Assembly (NCBI GenBank): GCA_002269645.1
Contig: NIVC01000672.1
Coordinates: forward strand, 62,001-126,000
Reading direction: 5' to 3'
DNA from: Macrostomum lignano
Taxonomy: Eukaryota
Length of the DNA stretch: 64,000 bases
A model generated the notes under the pieces. That model worked only from the letters and a program-made list of their open reading frames with translations, made no database searches and was not told where the DNA came from. Positions within the stretch are counted from its first letter, which is position 1. The number at the start of each line of letters is the position of its first letter. The translations under genes and the position numbers were made by a program. Below, one piece after another: positions 12,114 to 24,285 of this stretch.

Positions 12114-13353
12114 TCAAGCTCTCTGTTGCAGCTGCTGCACCTGCTGCTGGAGCTGCTGCACCTGCTGCTGCAGCTGCTCGACGCTCCTTGTCCGCTCGTC
12201 CAGTCCGCTCAGCAGAGTCCGCAGCTGCGAGACGCCTCCGAACCTGTCAGCCAGCTGCTCGAGCTCCATGGTGCTGTGAGCCCAGTTCGCCACGTTGACC
12301 TGCAGCTTCTTGAACTGCTCGAAGACGCTGCCGACTCGCCGCTTCACATCGGCCACCTCGCGACCGTCGGCGGTAGTGGCGGTGGGAGCTGCGGCACCGA
12401 CAGAGGACTGCGGGACCGCAGCTGCTGGAAATGAACAATTAAACATTATTGCAATAGCGACCAACAAAACATTCGCATCCAACCACCTTAATGTATTAGC
12501 GCACATTGATCTTTGCTATTATTCAACAGAAAAGCTTACCAGAATTCGATGGAACAACAGCTGCCTGCTTGAGCTTCGAGTCCATGAGCTCAAGGTGAGA
12601 GTCCATGCTGTCCCTGTAGTGCCTCTCCAGATCGGACCTGCTTACCATCTCCCCGCAGCCCAGGTGAGAGTACTTGCATTCTACCGTTCTCTCGGGACAC
12701 TCCGACAGGTGAGCAACATATCCCCGCCTGTCCATCGGTGTGCTCCGCTCCGAGCAGTGAGGACAGCGAGCTGAGAATCTCGGACAGCACACATCGGACT
12801 GCAGATTCCTGTGACTGGTCTCCATCTCGCTGTGTGTGACCAGCTGAGAGCACAGGTCGCAGGTCTCCTTCCTGTGGCGACACTCGCTGCTGGTGTGTCG
12901 CTGCATGTCCTTCTTCAGGATGAGCTCTTTGCACTGCTCACAGCGGAGTGAGTGCCAGTCGCAGCTCTGTTGCACATGCTGGTCCATGCGAGCCCATTCG
13001 AGTTGGACAGAGCAGCCGGCGTCGCAGTTCGGACAGCGGACTCGCAGCTTGGCGACCTCGCGTCTCGTCGCTATGTCGGGATAGCAGGTAGCTCGGCTCA
13101 CCTCGGTCTCGACCCCGCCGCCAACGTCCTCCTCCGAGTGGCGGTCTCTGAGTGTGCAGGCCTCGGTGTGTCCGGGACAGGGCCGCTTCTCCACCTCGTG
13201 CAGCAAGCCGGTGACGCAGGCGTGGCACAGGCGGCACCCGTGCAGAGTCTGTTGGGCGTTGAAGAGCGGCTTGGAGCAGCTGCTGCACTGCAGGTGAGCC
13301 GGCAGATCGGAGACCGGTCGGGCTCCCGACACTCGCTCTGGAAGTTCTGACAT
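12114..13353 (-). CDS. TRAF-like copy 2: RING + ZF + coiled coil, no MATH (exons 13353-12540, 12424-12114; 374 aa)
   Basis: ATG 13353; donor TCT G|GTAAGC; acceptor catttccag|CA; ends LQQRA*; AATAAA on the minus strand at 11835-11840. Confidence 0.88.
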
Positions 13354-15656
13354 GACGCATGTGTCCTGCTGAAAAGTGAGAAGTCTTTTATTAAAAACTT
13401 TAGGCGTTTTTGTGAAAGGGTGTGGCTCTGTTTTTGTCATCAAACGCTGCAATGTTCCTTTTTAGCTGCGTGCTGAGTCCATAAAACACGGAAGCTTGCT
13501 CATGACTCATTTTGGCACAAAAATTTTTAGAGATTCGTTTAGGTAAAATTGGCCTGTTACTAGTGTCATGCCATTGTCCATAAGGCACAGCCTGGTGTAA
13601 TGACAAACTCAACTGGCCATTATTTCAGCTTTAGCAGGCGTTTGAACCATAAACGATTAGTTAAATATGCATTTGTTAACTGACATATGAGAATAATCGC
13701 AAACAGTCTACATGGAATTCTGGAATACACTGAAAAAACGGTTCGTTCAGTCGTCGACAAGAAGATATTCCAATTAATAAGCGGGGCTGTTTGACGAGAT
13801 GCACCAGCCATAGTTGCTTGACAAGACAAATAGCTTTTACTCGTACTACCCACTTTCCTGATTTCTTGCAAGACGCAAACGAAATCGGCACTCATCACAG
13901 TGTTGTCTATGGTCAAACTAAGACACACATCTCAGTCATCTATGGGTAAAATAACTCTCAAAACAGCCAATTAAAGCGTGATAAAAAGTGTGAAATAATG
14001 ACCGCTTCCGGCACGCTGAAATAATGGCCGTCAGACTACGCTATGCTGAAATAATGGCCTCTATGTGCCATAGACTTTGTTTGGCCATTATTTCAGTCCC
14101 TTACCTACTACGCAATCTACCATTATGTCCAATATTCATAAAACTTTTACCGTTTTCACCAGACTTCATCGAACAAAAAAACTTAATTACTTTTTAAGGC
14201 GTTAAAAACATTTGTCACACAATCGTTTTTGTTCTCAATACGAAATGTTGACGCGTCTTGTGGGAATTATTTCTATAATCTTAATCTAACAGTTTCGAAG
14301 TTGCAAAATCAGGGGTAGCTACAACTAATTAAAACTTTGAGATGAAGGCTTATGCTGGAAGATTTGCTCACCTGTCGGATTTGAGAAGCAACTGATAGGC
14401 CTAAAAGAGAGCCGGAAGGGTCAAATTAAAGGCTGTTGTGACCTCTGCTGTTCTGGCAATTGACAACGACTATTATAAATTGCCTAATAAAAATTCTAAA
14501 TTCTTTAACAAAGTCGTTTTTGTTCTAGTTAACCTAGTTAAATCCAAGACACGAAAGTCCGCAGTTGCGCGGCATAAAAGATAAAAAAGTATATAAAATA
14601 AAGACATTGAGTAATAAGACTATTGGCCGCAAAAACAATGAAAAAGCCAACCAAGCTCATTTAAGCAAAGAAATCAAGTTTCACTGTTTCACTGAAGAAA
14701 ACTTCCAAACTGCAGTGTATTTCTTTACTCAAAATGAAGCAAGTACGTCGTACATGAGACTCGCGAGCAATTGATAGATAAAATTTATAGCCTAATTCTA
14801 GTCAGTTACCTGATTAAGATTATTGTGACTTTAATAAGAAACTGGTTTGTTTCTAAACTACGATTGATTATAATCGTAGTTTTAAATGCTCAAATTTAAA
14901 AAAGCCTATCTTCTGCCAACTCAAACAGCCGCAGGATTCTTTTAAACAGCAAGCGAGCTTTTCAATGTCAAACGTAAGTTCTACGCTTTCCACAACTGGC
15001 TTAAATAGTCGTAATGGGTGAGAGAGAATAATCACGTGCTGTGCTATGTGCTTCTGTTTATAGATAACGCGCAGATATGTGAATTGTCTAAAAATAGAAA
15101 CAGATGTCATTCTGGGCTAAAAATATCCATGAGCATTAGATAGCTCATTCTGTAGCTGGGGCTCACTCTGTATCTTGGACTCATTCTGTAGCTGTCGCCC
15201 CCCCCCTCTGTAGCTGGCGCTGGCCCCTCTGTGCTGTGTACTCGGCTCTATGTGAGGGTCTGCAGCATCTCAACAATAACTAGCTGTATACCAATAAATT
15301 TCAGACTGTATCTGACCTACTTAAAGCAGATATAAACGTGTACAAGTTTTTCTTTCTAGTCAAAAGTGAAGAAAGCGAAAGAAATGTACATTTCTGTCAC
15401 TGTAGCTAATAGTGTACTCACAGCACTGCCGTACATTTAATTTTAGACGTTCAAATTAAAGAGAACTTCATCCAAAATGAAAATTTTCCGCAGCGATTCC
15501 ACGGCAGTTCCGTGGAAAGAAATTTCTGTCGGCTACAGACAGGTGAGTAAAATCACAAACGCTCGACGAGCAAAGGCAGTTCCAAACGGCAGAAGCACAT
15601 ATGAAAAAGAGGATACTACGTGGGTACTGCGATCATTACTAAAGCAGTTGAGCACC

Positions 15657-18600
15657 ATGTCAGGACTTCCTCAGCGAGTGTCGGCAGCCCGACCGGTCTC
15701 CGATCTGCCGGCTCACCTGCAGTGCAGCAGCTGCTCCAAGCCGCTCTTCAACGCCCGACAGACTCCGCACGGGTGCCGCCTGTGCCACGCCTGCGTCACC
15801 GGCCTGCTGCACGAGGTGGAGAAGCGGCCCTGTCCCGGACACACCGAGGCCTGCACACTCAGAGACCACCACTCGGAGGAGGACGTCGGCGAAGTCGAGG
15901 TCGAGGTGAGCCAGGCTACCTGCTTTCCCGACATGGCGACGAGACGCGAGGTCGCCAAGCTGCGAGTCCGCTGTCCGAACTGCGACGCCGGCTGCTCTGT
16001 CCAACTCGAATGGGCTCGCATGGACCAGCATGTGCAACAGAGCTGCGACTGGCACTCACTCCGCTGTGAGCAGTGCAAAGAGCTCATTCTGAAGAAGGAC
16101 ATGCAGCGACACACCAGCAGCGAGTGTCGCCACAGGAAGGAGACCTGCGACCTGTGCTCTCAGCTAGTCACACACAGCGAGATGGAGACCAGTCACAGGA
16201 ATCTGCAGTCCGATGTGTGCTGTCCGAGATTCTCAGCTCGCTGTCCTCACTGCTCGGAGCGGAGCACACCGATGGACAGGCGGGGATATGTTGCTCACCT
16301 GTCGGAGTGTCCCGAGAGACCGGTAGAGTGCAAGTACTCTCACCTGGGCTGCAGGGCGATGGTGCGCAGGTCCGATCTGGAGAGGCACTACAGGGAAAGC
16401 ATGGACTCTCACCTTGAGCTCATGGACTCGAAACTGAAGCAGACAGCGATATCTCATTCGAATTCCGGTATGTCAGTATTGTGTCGGGTTAATGGATTTT
16501 TTTGTTGAGACAAATTTTATGCACTGCTACTCCAAAAATTTTATTTTTTGGTCAGCTGTTTTCAGTGGCCGATGGCAGTTTATGGACGCTCCTGTGGGCG
16601 ACCGAAGCCGACACGACGCACAGCTGGCCTCCGTGCCGCGAGACCCCGGCCAAGATCCGGTAGAATCGCCTGTGAGCTCTGAATCGTTCCTTCACAGGCC
16701 GCATGCGTTGGGTGGAGCTCTGCAGTTGCAGAATGTGAGCTGCTTTGCGATTTTTTAACTCATTTGCATCTTTATTCATTTAGACGAAAGTCCTGTCACT
16801 GAGCCCATTCCACATTTTTAGCCAATTTGCAACTCCATTGCTGCCGACTCGCCTGTCCGAATGCTGGGCAGGCCGAAACAGCTGCTGTCCGAGCTGGTGT
16901 TCAGTCGGGGCCATGCTGGCCGAGTCACGTCTGCCTGCTCTCTAGACGGGCGGCAGATTTTTGTTTCGGGAGGCGCGGACGGAATCGCGGTGCTGTGGCA
17001 CCTCGGCTCAATGCGTCTCCAGAGTCGAGTCCGGGCCCCTGCGAGTTGGGGTTCAATCACCTGTCTGGTGTCTCCGGCATCTGACATTCTGTTGGCCGGC
17101 TGGGAGAATCTGAATGGACTCGTGCGACTCCGGTGCCCGGAGGGGTATCTGTGCGACACTGATGCTGAGCTGGAGCACCTCTTGAGCACTGGACAGGCGG
17201 AGCTGCTTCAAGGCAACTCACCTGTGGCGGCCATGTGCACAGTTCCCGAATCTGCTGAGGTCATTGTCGCCCTCACCAACAGAAGCCTCGCACTGGTGCC
17301 AGCCGAAGGAGGTCTTCAGCCGCTGGTTGGGCTCACCGGTTTCGACCCTCTGGCTGGCCCGCCGGTGTTTTTGCGGATTCTGGAGCCCGGGTGGCTGCTG
17401 GCATGCCAGCTCAGTAGCCCTGTGCTCCGCTCCGCTCAGCTGCACACGGCTCAGGATGGCAGGATGGCTGTCAGCGGCTGGCGAACCTTCCAGTGCTTCG
17501 ACGAGATGGCGGCGGATGCTTCTCCAGTGATTCGGGCGTGCGCTGCAGGCTGCGGTCCCGGAGTTGCCATTGTGGCGTTTCGGTGCCAAAGTCGCAATCG
17601 GATCGCCATCGTTAAACTCGGCTCCGATGCGAAAATTCATCCCGTCTTGACGGGTTTTATGGTGAATGTGTTTCTTTTTAATATTTGATGTCTGAATTTC
17701 TAACCTTATAATATTGCTTCAAGTTGCTGCATGCTGAAGTTCAATTCTGAAACTGAGGATGTTTTCCATTTTTCACCAAATTCACCCAGAACTTCCTCAA
17801 GATTTCACCCCGATCTCACCCCGATCTCACCCCGATCTCACCCCGATCTCACCCCGATCTCACACCGATCTCACCCTGATCTCACCCCGATCTCACCCCG
17901 ATCTCACCCCGATCTCACCCCGATCTCACCCCGATCTCACCCCGATCTCACCCCGATCTCATCCCGATTTCATCACGATCTCACCCCGATTTCATCCCGA
18001 TCTCACACTGATCTCACCTCGATCTCACCCCGATCTCACCCCGGTTTCACCCTGATCTCACACCGAACTCACCCCGATCTCACCCCGATCTCATCCCGAT
18101 CTCACCCCGATCTCACCCCGATCTCACCCCGATCTCACCCCGATCTCACCCCGATCTCACCCCGATCTCACCCCGATTTCATCCCGATCTCACACTGATC
18201 TCACCTCGATCTCACCCCGATCTCACCCCGGTTTCACCCTGATCTCACACCGAACTCACCCCGATCTCACCCCGATCTCATCCCGATCTCACCCCGATCT
18301 CACCCCGATCTCACCCCGATCTCACCCCGATCTCATCACGATCTCACCCCGATCTCACCCCGATTTCATCCCGATCTCACACCGATCTCACCTCGATCTC
18401 ACCCCGATCTCACCCCGGTTTCACCCTGATCTCACACCGAACTCACCCCGATCTCCCTGCGATTTGTCTCCCTTTCCGCAGTGCCACACCCGGCCGATAC
18501 GAGCCATCAGCCTGCTGACGAGCGACCTCACGGGCGCCCTGCCGCTCCTGGCCACGGCCTCTGCTCAAGGGAAAGTCAGCGTTTGGCGCATGCAGAGCGG

Positions 18601-18857
18601 GGTCAATCAGCTGGCTGAGGTCAGGCATCATGCAGTCATTTTTCGTTTCGCTTCTAATCAAACTTCTCGCCAATTTCTAACCCGCCCCTGCCACTCAGGT
18701 TTCTCACTTCGAGCACGGCCACGAGGTTACCACCCTGGGGCTGCACCTCACAGCCACCGACCGGCCTCTGCTGCTTGTCGGGGATGCTGGCGGGAACACC
18801 TTCTCTCTGGAGCTTCCTTGGCTTGATGCGAACGCATTTCATCAGACTGCATTTTGA
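15657..18857 (+). CDS. TRAF-like copy 3: RING + ZF + linker + WD40-like propeller (exons 15657-16467, 16556-16734, 16822-17661, 18482-18619, 18699-18857; 708 aa)
   Basis: All four introns are GT-AG with phases 1,0,0,0 and the joined frame is open. WD-like repeats SRGHAGRVTSAC...VSGGADGIAVLW and CHTRPIRAI...LATASAQGKVSVW. Confidence 0.85.
17796..18452. repeat. 11-bp minisatellite (ctcaccccgat)n in intron 3, with a 187-bp higher-order period
   Basis: Variant ggtttcaccctg recurs at 18043, 18230 and 18417. Confidence 0.95.
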
Positions 18858-19331
18858 TGCTTTATGGAAATTTATTTTAAAGGATTTTCCGTTTTTTCGA
18901 TTTTACGAGACTGGTCCTTGTGGGGTGATGCGGCTTTTTACCCATCACCTTTTTAGGCTTGGCCTTGGCCTCGTGCATATAACCTGACTACCGAATGATC
19001 TATTAGTATATGTATATGGTTTACTCATGTGCTCTGTACAAACCGCTCCGCTCTTGCCGGCGAAATGACGCTCCGGCAAAATAAACAGCTTCCAATAACG
19101 AATTTTTCTAGTTTTGTTTCGTAATGCTGGATAAAATATTGTCGTACGCTCGTATATCGAATTTCTGTTTTGGGAAAGCGCCCTTCTGGAACTCGCATGC
19201 ATATCAGGGGCCTGTTGTGAAGGGGCGCTGAAATTACTGTGAGGGGGCGTCATTATTTTTGTCACAATCCCTTAGGCCCCCTGTCAATGCTAGGTGTATC
19301 AATACCTAAACCTGCCGATAGGCGAATCCGC

Positions 19332-19950
19332 CTTCCCTCTGCCTTCACTCTGCCTTCACTCTGCCTTCCCTCTGCCTTCCCTCTGCCTCCCTCTGCTTTC
19401 ACTCTGCCTTCCCTCTGACTTCCCTCTGCCTTCCCTCTGACTTCCCTCTGCCTTCCCTCTGCCTTCCTTCTGCCTTCCCTCTGCTTTCACTCTGCCTTCC
19501 CTCTGCCTCCCTCTGCTTTCACTCTGCTTTCACTCTGCCTTCCCTCTGCCTTCCCTCTGCCTTCCCTCTGACTTCCCTCTGCCTTCCCTCATCCCTCTGA
19601 CTTCCCTCTGCCTTCCCTCTGCCTTCCCTCTGACTTCCCTCTGCCTTCCCTCATCCCTCTGACTTCCCTCTGCCTTCCCTCTGACTTCCCTGTGCCTTCC
19701 CTCTGCCTTCCCTCTGCCTTCCCTCTGCTTTCACTCTGCCTTCCCTCTGCCTCCCTCTGCTTTCACTCTGCTTTCACTCTGCCTTCCCTCTGCCTTCTCT
19801 CTGCCTTCCCTCTGCCTTCTCTCTGCCTTCCCTCTGCCTTCACTCTGCCTTCCCTCTGCTTTCACCCTGCCTTCACTCTGCCTTCCATCTGCCTTCACTC
19901 TGCCTTCACTCTTCCTTCCCTCTGCCTTCTCTCTGCCTTCCCTCTGCCTC
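19332..19950. repeat. 11-bp minisatellite (cttccctctgc)n
   Basis: Direct reading; shorter paralogous array at 41395-41690. Confidence 0.95.
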
Positions 19951-20417
19951 TTACAATTCAGGGGCTTTGGGACTCCCATTGGGACTCCAAAGATAAACTG
20001 GGACACCACTTTGTCTGCATAGAGATTTACAACAGGCTCTCTAAATCGAAAGTACATGAATGAATGCGCGGCCGAATCCTTGGTCCTTGGAGCGGGAGTC
20101 GCTCGGCCACCCAGCCCTGAATTCTGAAAGCTGGAAGCAAGTCGCTCAGAAGAGGAAAAGTAACGAGAACTGAAGTATGCAGTGAGAAGACCTTGAGAAA
20201 AGGCAGAAAATAAGAAAACCAAAACCGAGCTTCTCAAATCTAATTAGCACTGAAGATTTTATTTGTTCAAAAAGCCGCTTGAAAAAAGCACTATTTCGGC
20301 AATCGGCAATCCAAGGTTCGATTAAAACAGCTTTTAAACTGCTCTTATTAACTTCGTCAGGAGCGTAGGACGGCCCGATAACGCATCTTGGGCAGGATGC
20401 GACGCTTCCTTCTCACC

Positions 20418-21758
20418 TCACGTCAGATGCTCGCAGAAGTCGCCCAGCGGCAGGACCAGCCGGATGAACACCAGGCCGTGCTGATCGGCGTTGCCGCCCG
20501 TGGTGCCGCTGCAGCCGCTGCCGGAGCAGAAGGAGCCGCCGCCGCCTCCAGACTGGCTGGTGGTGAACCCGGCCCCGCCTCCGCTGAAGCCGCCGCCGGC
20601 CCCGGCAGCGCCCCAGTTGGGGTTCGTCGTGCCGCCGCCTCCGCCGCCGCCGAACCCGCCGTCGCCGGTGTTAGAGCCGCCGGCGTCGCCGCCGACCCAG
20701 CCTTCAGCCCGACTGCCTCCTCCGTCGCCATCGCTCGGCCCCCGCCTGGCGTTCACCGGCTTCCCCAGCCAGCCGGCGCCGCAGCCGCCGTGGTTGTGGC
20801 TGGTGGGCATGGCGCTCGGGTTGTTGAAGCCCGGCTGTCCGTTGCTGCCTCCGTAGCTCTTGGGGCTCGTGCTTGGCGCTGTGTCATCTGTTCCATTCGG
20901 GCCGGCTTCGCCCAGCAGGCCTGAAACAAATCAAAATTTGCTCTGCACCACTCAAGCGGCAATGATGATGCTCACGTTCGATCACTGTTTGAGTTGCTAG
21001 AATGACTCACCAGCTGAGCTGTAGGTGCCGGCACCGCCGCCTCCGGCCGCAGCCAGCAGCAGCTCGTCTGCCGTCCTGTACACGAAGCTGCCGCCGCCTC
21101 CACCGCCTCCCTTGTAGTTCGAGCTGGGCGGACCGCCGGCCTGTCCGACCACGACGCTCAGCTGGGTGCCGGCCGTCAGGTTGAAGGCGCCGGACACGAA
21201 GGCGCCGCTGCCGCCAGCCTTGCCTGAGAAGGAGTTGGTGCCGCCTCTGGCGCCCGACACTTCGATCCGGTAGCAGCCGGTCGAGGGATCGTCACGGACT
21301 GGATGGAGCCGGCCCTGCCCGTGCCGCTGTCTGCAGTGAGAGAGGGCGCCATTTGGACTCTCAAAGCACAGCATGAGTGTTTAGATCGCAGTGACATCTA
21401 GCCATGAGGTGGAGTGACTCACTTCTCAGCTCAATGGTGACATTCAGCATCCTCTTCCTCATGGTGAAGTTCTCGGCCGTCCACAGCCTGGCGCCGGGCT
21501 CGGAGCCCACGAGTCTCTGCACGTGAGTCCCGGCCGGTCCCGGCGCCTGAGACGCGTTTTTCAGCAGCAGCAGCTGGCAGACGCTCGAGCTGGGGATGAG
21601 CGAAGCCAGCAGGCAGCCGTTCCGCTGGCACGCTGCCAGACACAGCAGCCGCGACTTGACGCCGGTCAGGTTGACGAGTTCGCTGCTGGAGGCGTTGCCG
21701 ATCCGGACGGGTCCGGTGTCCAAGGCGAAGAAGCGGCTGGAAATGTCTGGCTGCAAGC
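20418..21758 (-). CDS. PAN/apple-like + ALK/LTK-type glycine-rich protein, copy A (exons 21758-21423, 21330-21011, 20920-20418; 1-nt frameshift at about 21285)
   Basis: CLAACQRNGC...VCQL (PAN-like); YRIEVSGARGG...GAFVSGAFNLTAGTQLSVVVGQAGG...GGGGGGSFV...AAAGGGG (Gly-rich domain). Phase-1 GT-AG introns. Possible signal-peptide exon MLFGIMSLLCCTALGKCNAE at about 21943-21883 with a weak donor. Confidence 0.75.
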
Positions 21759-22147
21759 CTGTGAAATTTCAGTTTGAGTCGAAAGTATTGAGCTTTAGTC
21801 TCTCATATGATGAAGTGAGTCAGTCAAACCATCGGTTTGAAATGCGAGTTGAAACTGCGACTATTCAGGGCTTAGAATTGACATTCGGCGTTGCACTTTC
21901 CGAGGGCGGTGCAGCAGAGAAGTGACATGATTCCGAATAACATTTCAGAGCTAGTAGAAATTTCTCGGCAAATCTCAGGCTGCCGCTCATTTAGGCGAGG
22001 CAGTGGAAATTTCCTCTTCCGCTGTTCATCGTCCGTTGCGTGGAGACAGTGAGCAGTTTATCTTTATGGCTTGGCAATTTCTCATTGGCTGTCTTCCACG
22101 TATGCGCTTGAGCTGCATGACGGCGGCTTTTCGATAGGTGGATCCAC

Positions 22148-22465
22148 CGTCTCTCTGCTATCACTCTGCTGTCTCTCTGCTGTCACTCTGCTGTCTCTCT
22201 GGTGTCTCTCTGGTGTCTCTCTGGTGTCTCTCTGCTGTCTCTCTGCTGTCTCTCTGCTGTCTCTCTGCTGTCTCTCTGCTGTCGCTCTGTTGTCTCTCTG
22301 GTTTCTCTCTGTTGTCTCTCTGCTGTCACTCTGCTGTCTCTCTGCTGTCTCTCTGGTGTCTCTCTGCTGTCTCTCTGGTGTCTCTCTGCTGTCTCTCTGC
22401 TGTCTCTCTGTTGTCTCTCTGTTGTCTCTCTGCTGTCTCTCTGTTGTCTCTCTGCTGTCTCTCCG
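22148..22465. repeat. 10-bp minisatellite (ctgtctctct/g)n
   Basis: Direct reading; expanded paralogous array at 43497-44160. Confidence 0.95.
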
Positions 22466-23149
22466 CTATGCAGGGAGTATTTTGACATCAAGCTCAACCG
22501 TCATCCTGTTGTGAATCAGATATGATTTCGCAACTGCAGCTGCTTTTTTTAACTCAGTAGGTATTCTGATCCCAGCGCCGATCTGTTGACTTCCCCATTC
22601 TAAACTGTAGAAGCCGCGTGTCGAGCAGAACGGGAAGTTCCGCTTGCCGAACTTTTTGAATTGAAAGCAGCTTTTTTATAGCAAGACTGCAGGCTGAAGC
22701 AGATCCCGAAAAATACGCAATGCAACGGAGAGAATCCCAGCCAAGCGTTGCAAGCGCCACAAACCACAGGCAGGTCGGTACAAGCGTAGAGGAAAGTTGA
22801 CGAGGAATGAGTTGAGCTGAGCTGAGCAGGACTCGGTTAAAAAGTCTGTTGACGTTTCGGATAACATGAACAGCCGTTCCACCACAGCAGAAACGCAAAT
22901 TTGCAGACGCCCAGCAAAACATGGCTAATTCAAAACCTGGCTTAGGCAAAGTCCGGAAGCGCAGCTCGCTTACAAAAAGTTAACAGAGAGAGGGGGAGCT
23001 ACCGAACCAAGGAGTGGGATGGGCTTGGACAAAATACAAAATATACAAAACATTATAATTATACACAAACGTGCTATGAAAGACTGCTTAAAGAGAACGC
23101 AGTGATGTGTTCGGCACTTTTGCGGTGCAAGCCTCATTTCAATTCATTT

Positions 23150-23540
23150 TAATAAGATTTGCTCTGAAAATTACTTTTTTGTTAGAGGCAGAGGGCTGTG
23201 TGCACCCTGGTGCACTTTCAGCGACATTGTCACACAACCGGCGATAGGCACTACTGTCCATTCCGTCGACTCCCTTGAGAAGGCACACAAGCGCGCGGAT
23301 ACGTTTGCAGTCATGCGCACAGGCATGCATTCACACAGGAGTGTACAGCGGCCCAACTTTATGAATGTTACTTCACTGTGCCTTGGGGGTTGGCCCACAA
23401 GGTCGTTTATTGCACCAGCAGATGCAAACCAAGATTCCAATTTCCAATTCAGCCCCGAAATACTGTGACTGCACTTGAAATCGAGCCTGTGTCTTCGAGC
23501 ACATCAGAACGTCGCGCTGGACCACGGGAGTGCGGCCCCT
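23150..23540 (-). mobile_element. tRNA-headed SINE-like element
   Basis: Minus strand has A-box-like tggtccagcg and B-box-like ggctcgatttc, followed by the conserved body also seen at 6270-6625. Confidence 0.55.
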
Positions 23541-24285
23541 AAAAAATATCCTATATACTAAATTTTATCTAAAAACAAGGTACAAGTAAGGTCGCATTTT
23601 ATTGATCACATAAAAGATTAAAGTCTCCAACGACACTTAGTGCTTTGATTGACCGCTCTGCTTTACATTGAGATGCAACAGTAGTGAAGTAAACCAACTG
23701 TTTCTGAAGTGTATTCGGATGAGTTTGTCTTTCGACAGCATTTCGGCTCCCAGTGAAGTGCGAAAATCCCTTGGCTCGGTTGCATCATTGCTCATTGCTC
23801 ATTGTTTCAGTGGGGTTCTATTTGAAGCCGCTCTGATTTGACTCAAGACATCTTAGAGCATGGTTCTATTTGAACGCTAATTCTCAAGAGAAGCAGGACA
23901 TGGTGTCACAAGTCATCGAGCGGTCTTGCATTCGACCTCTGCGATTTGGGACCGAATGCAACCTGAAGGCAAGCACAGCTCGAGCATTGCATGCGCTGGC
24001 GCATTTTCGTGACAAGGACCACTGGAAGATGACGTTACATCTACTTAAGAAGATCTACTTAAGTAGTCCTTGTCTCGGAACTGGACATCGGGTTGTCGAA
24101 TTCCGCGCATTACCTGTAGTCCGATCATCGACTGCTCGTCTGCCGCGAAATAAAGGGAGGCAAACGTGGAAGCATCGATCGAATACGCAGATGTTGCACT
24201 GATTCAACCCTCTCGGGATTGCGCAGCCGGTCTAGCTGGACGAATTCGCGATCCAGGAAGCGAAGGAAGAGATGGAGTGCTCAAA

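Noticed and set aside
13600-14100. Repeated ggccattatttcag / ctgaaataatggcc motifs as a transposon or regulatory element
   Set aside because: Four short copies in mixed orientation with no definable termini or TSD; too little evidence to call.
14360-14450. TRAF remnant (ttgctcacctgtcgga match)
   Set aside because: Only a ~16-bp match with no extended homology; may be chance.
17731-19950. Pro/Ser/His- and Leu/Cys-rich ORFs (SPRSHPDLTPI, LPSLCL)
   Set aside because: Translations of 11-bp minisatellites in an intron or intergenic region.
20418-21758. ALK/LTK receptor tyrosine kinase
   Set aside because: Only the glycine-rich extracellular-type domain is present; it ends in a stop with no transmembrane or kinase region.
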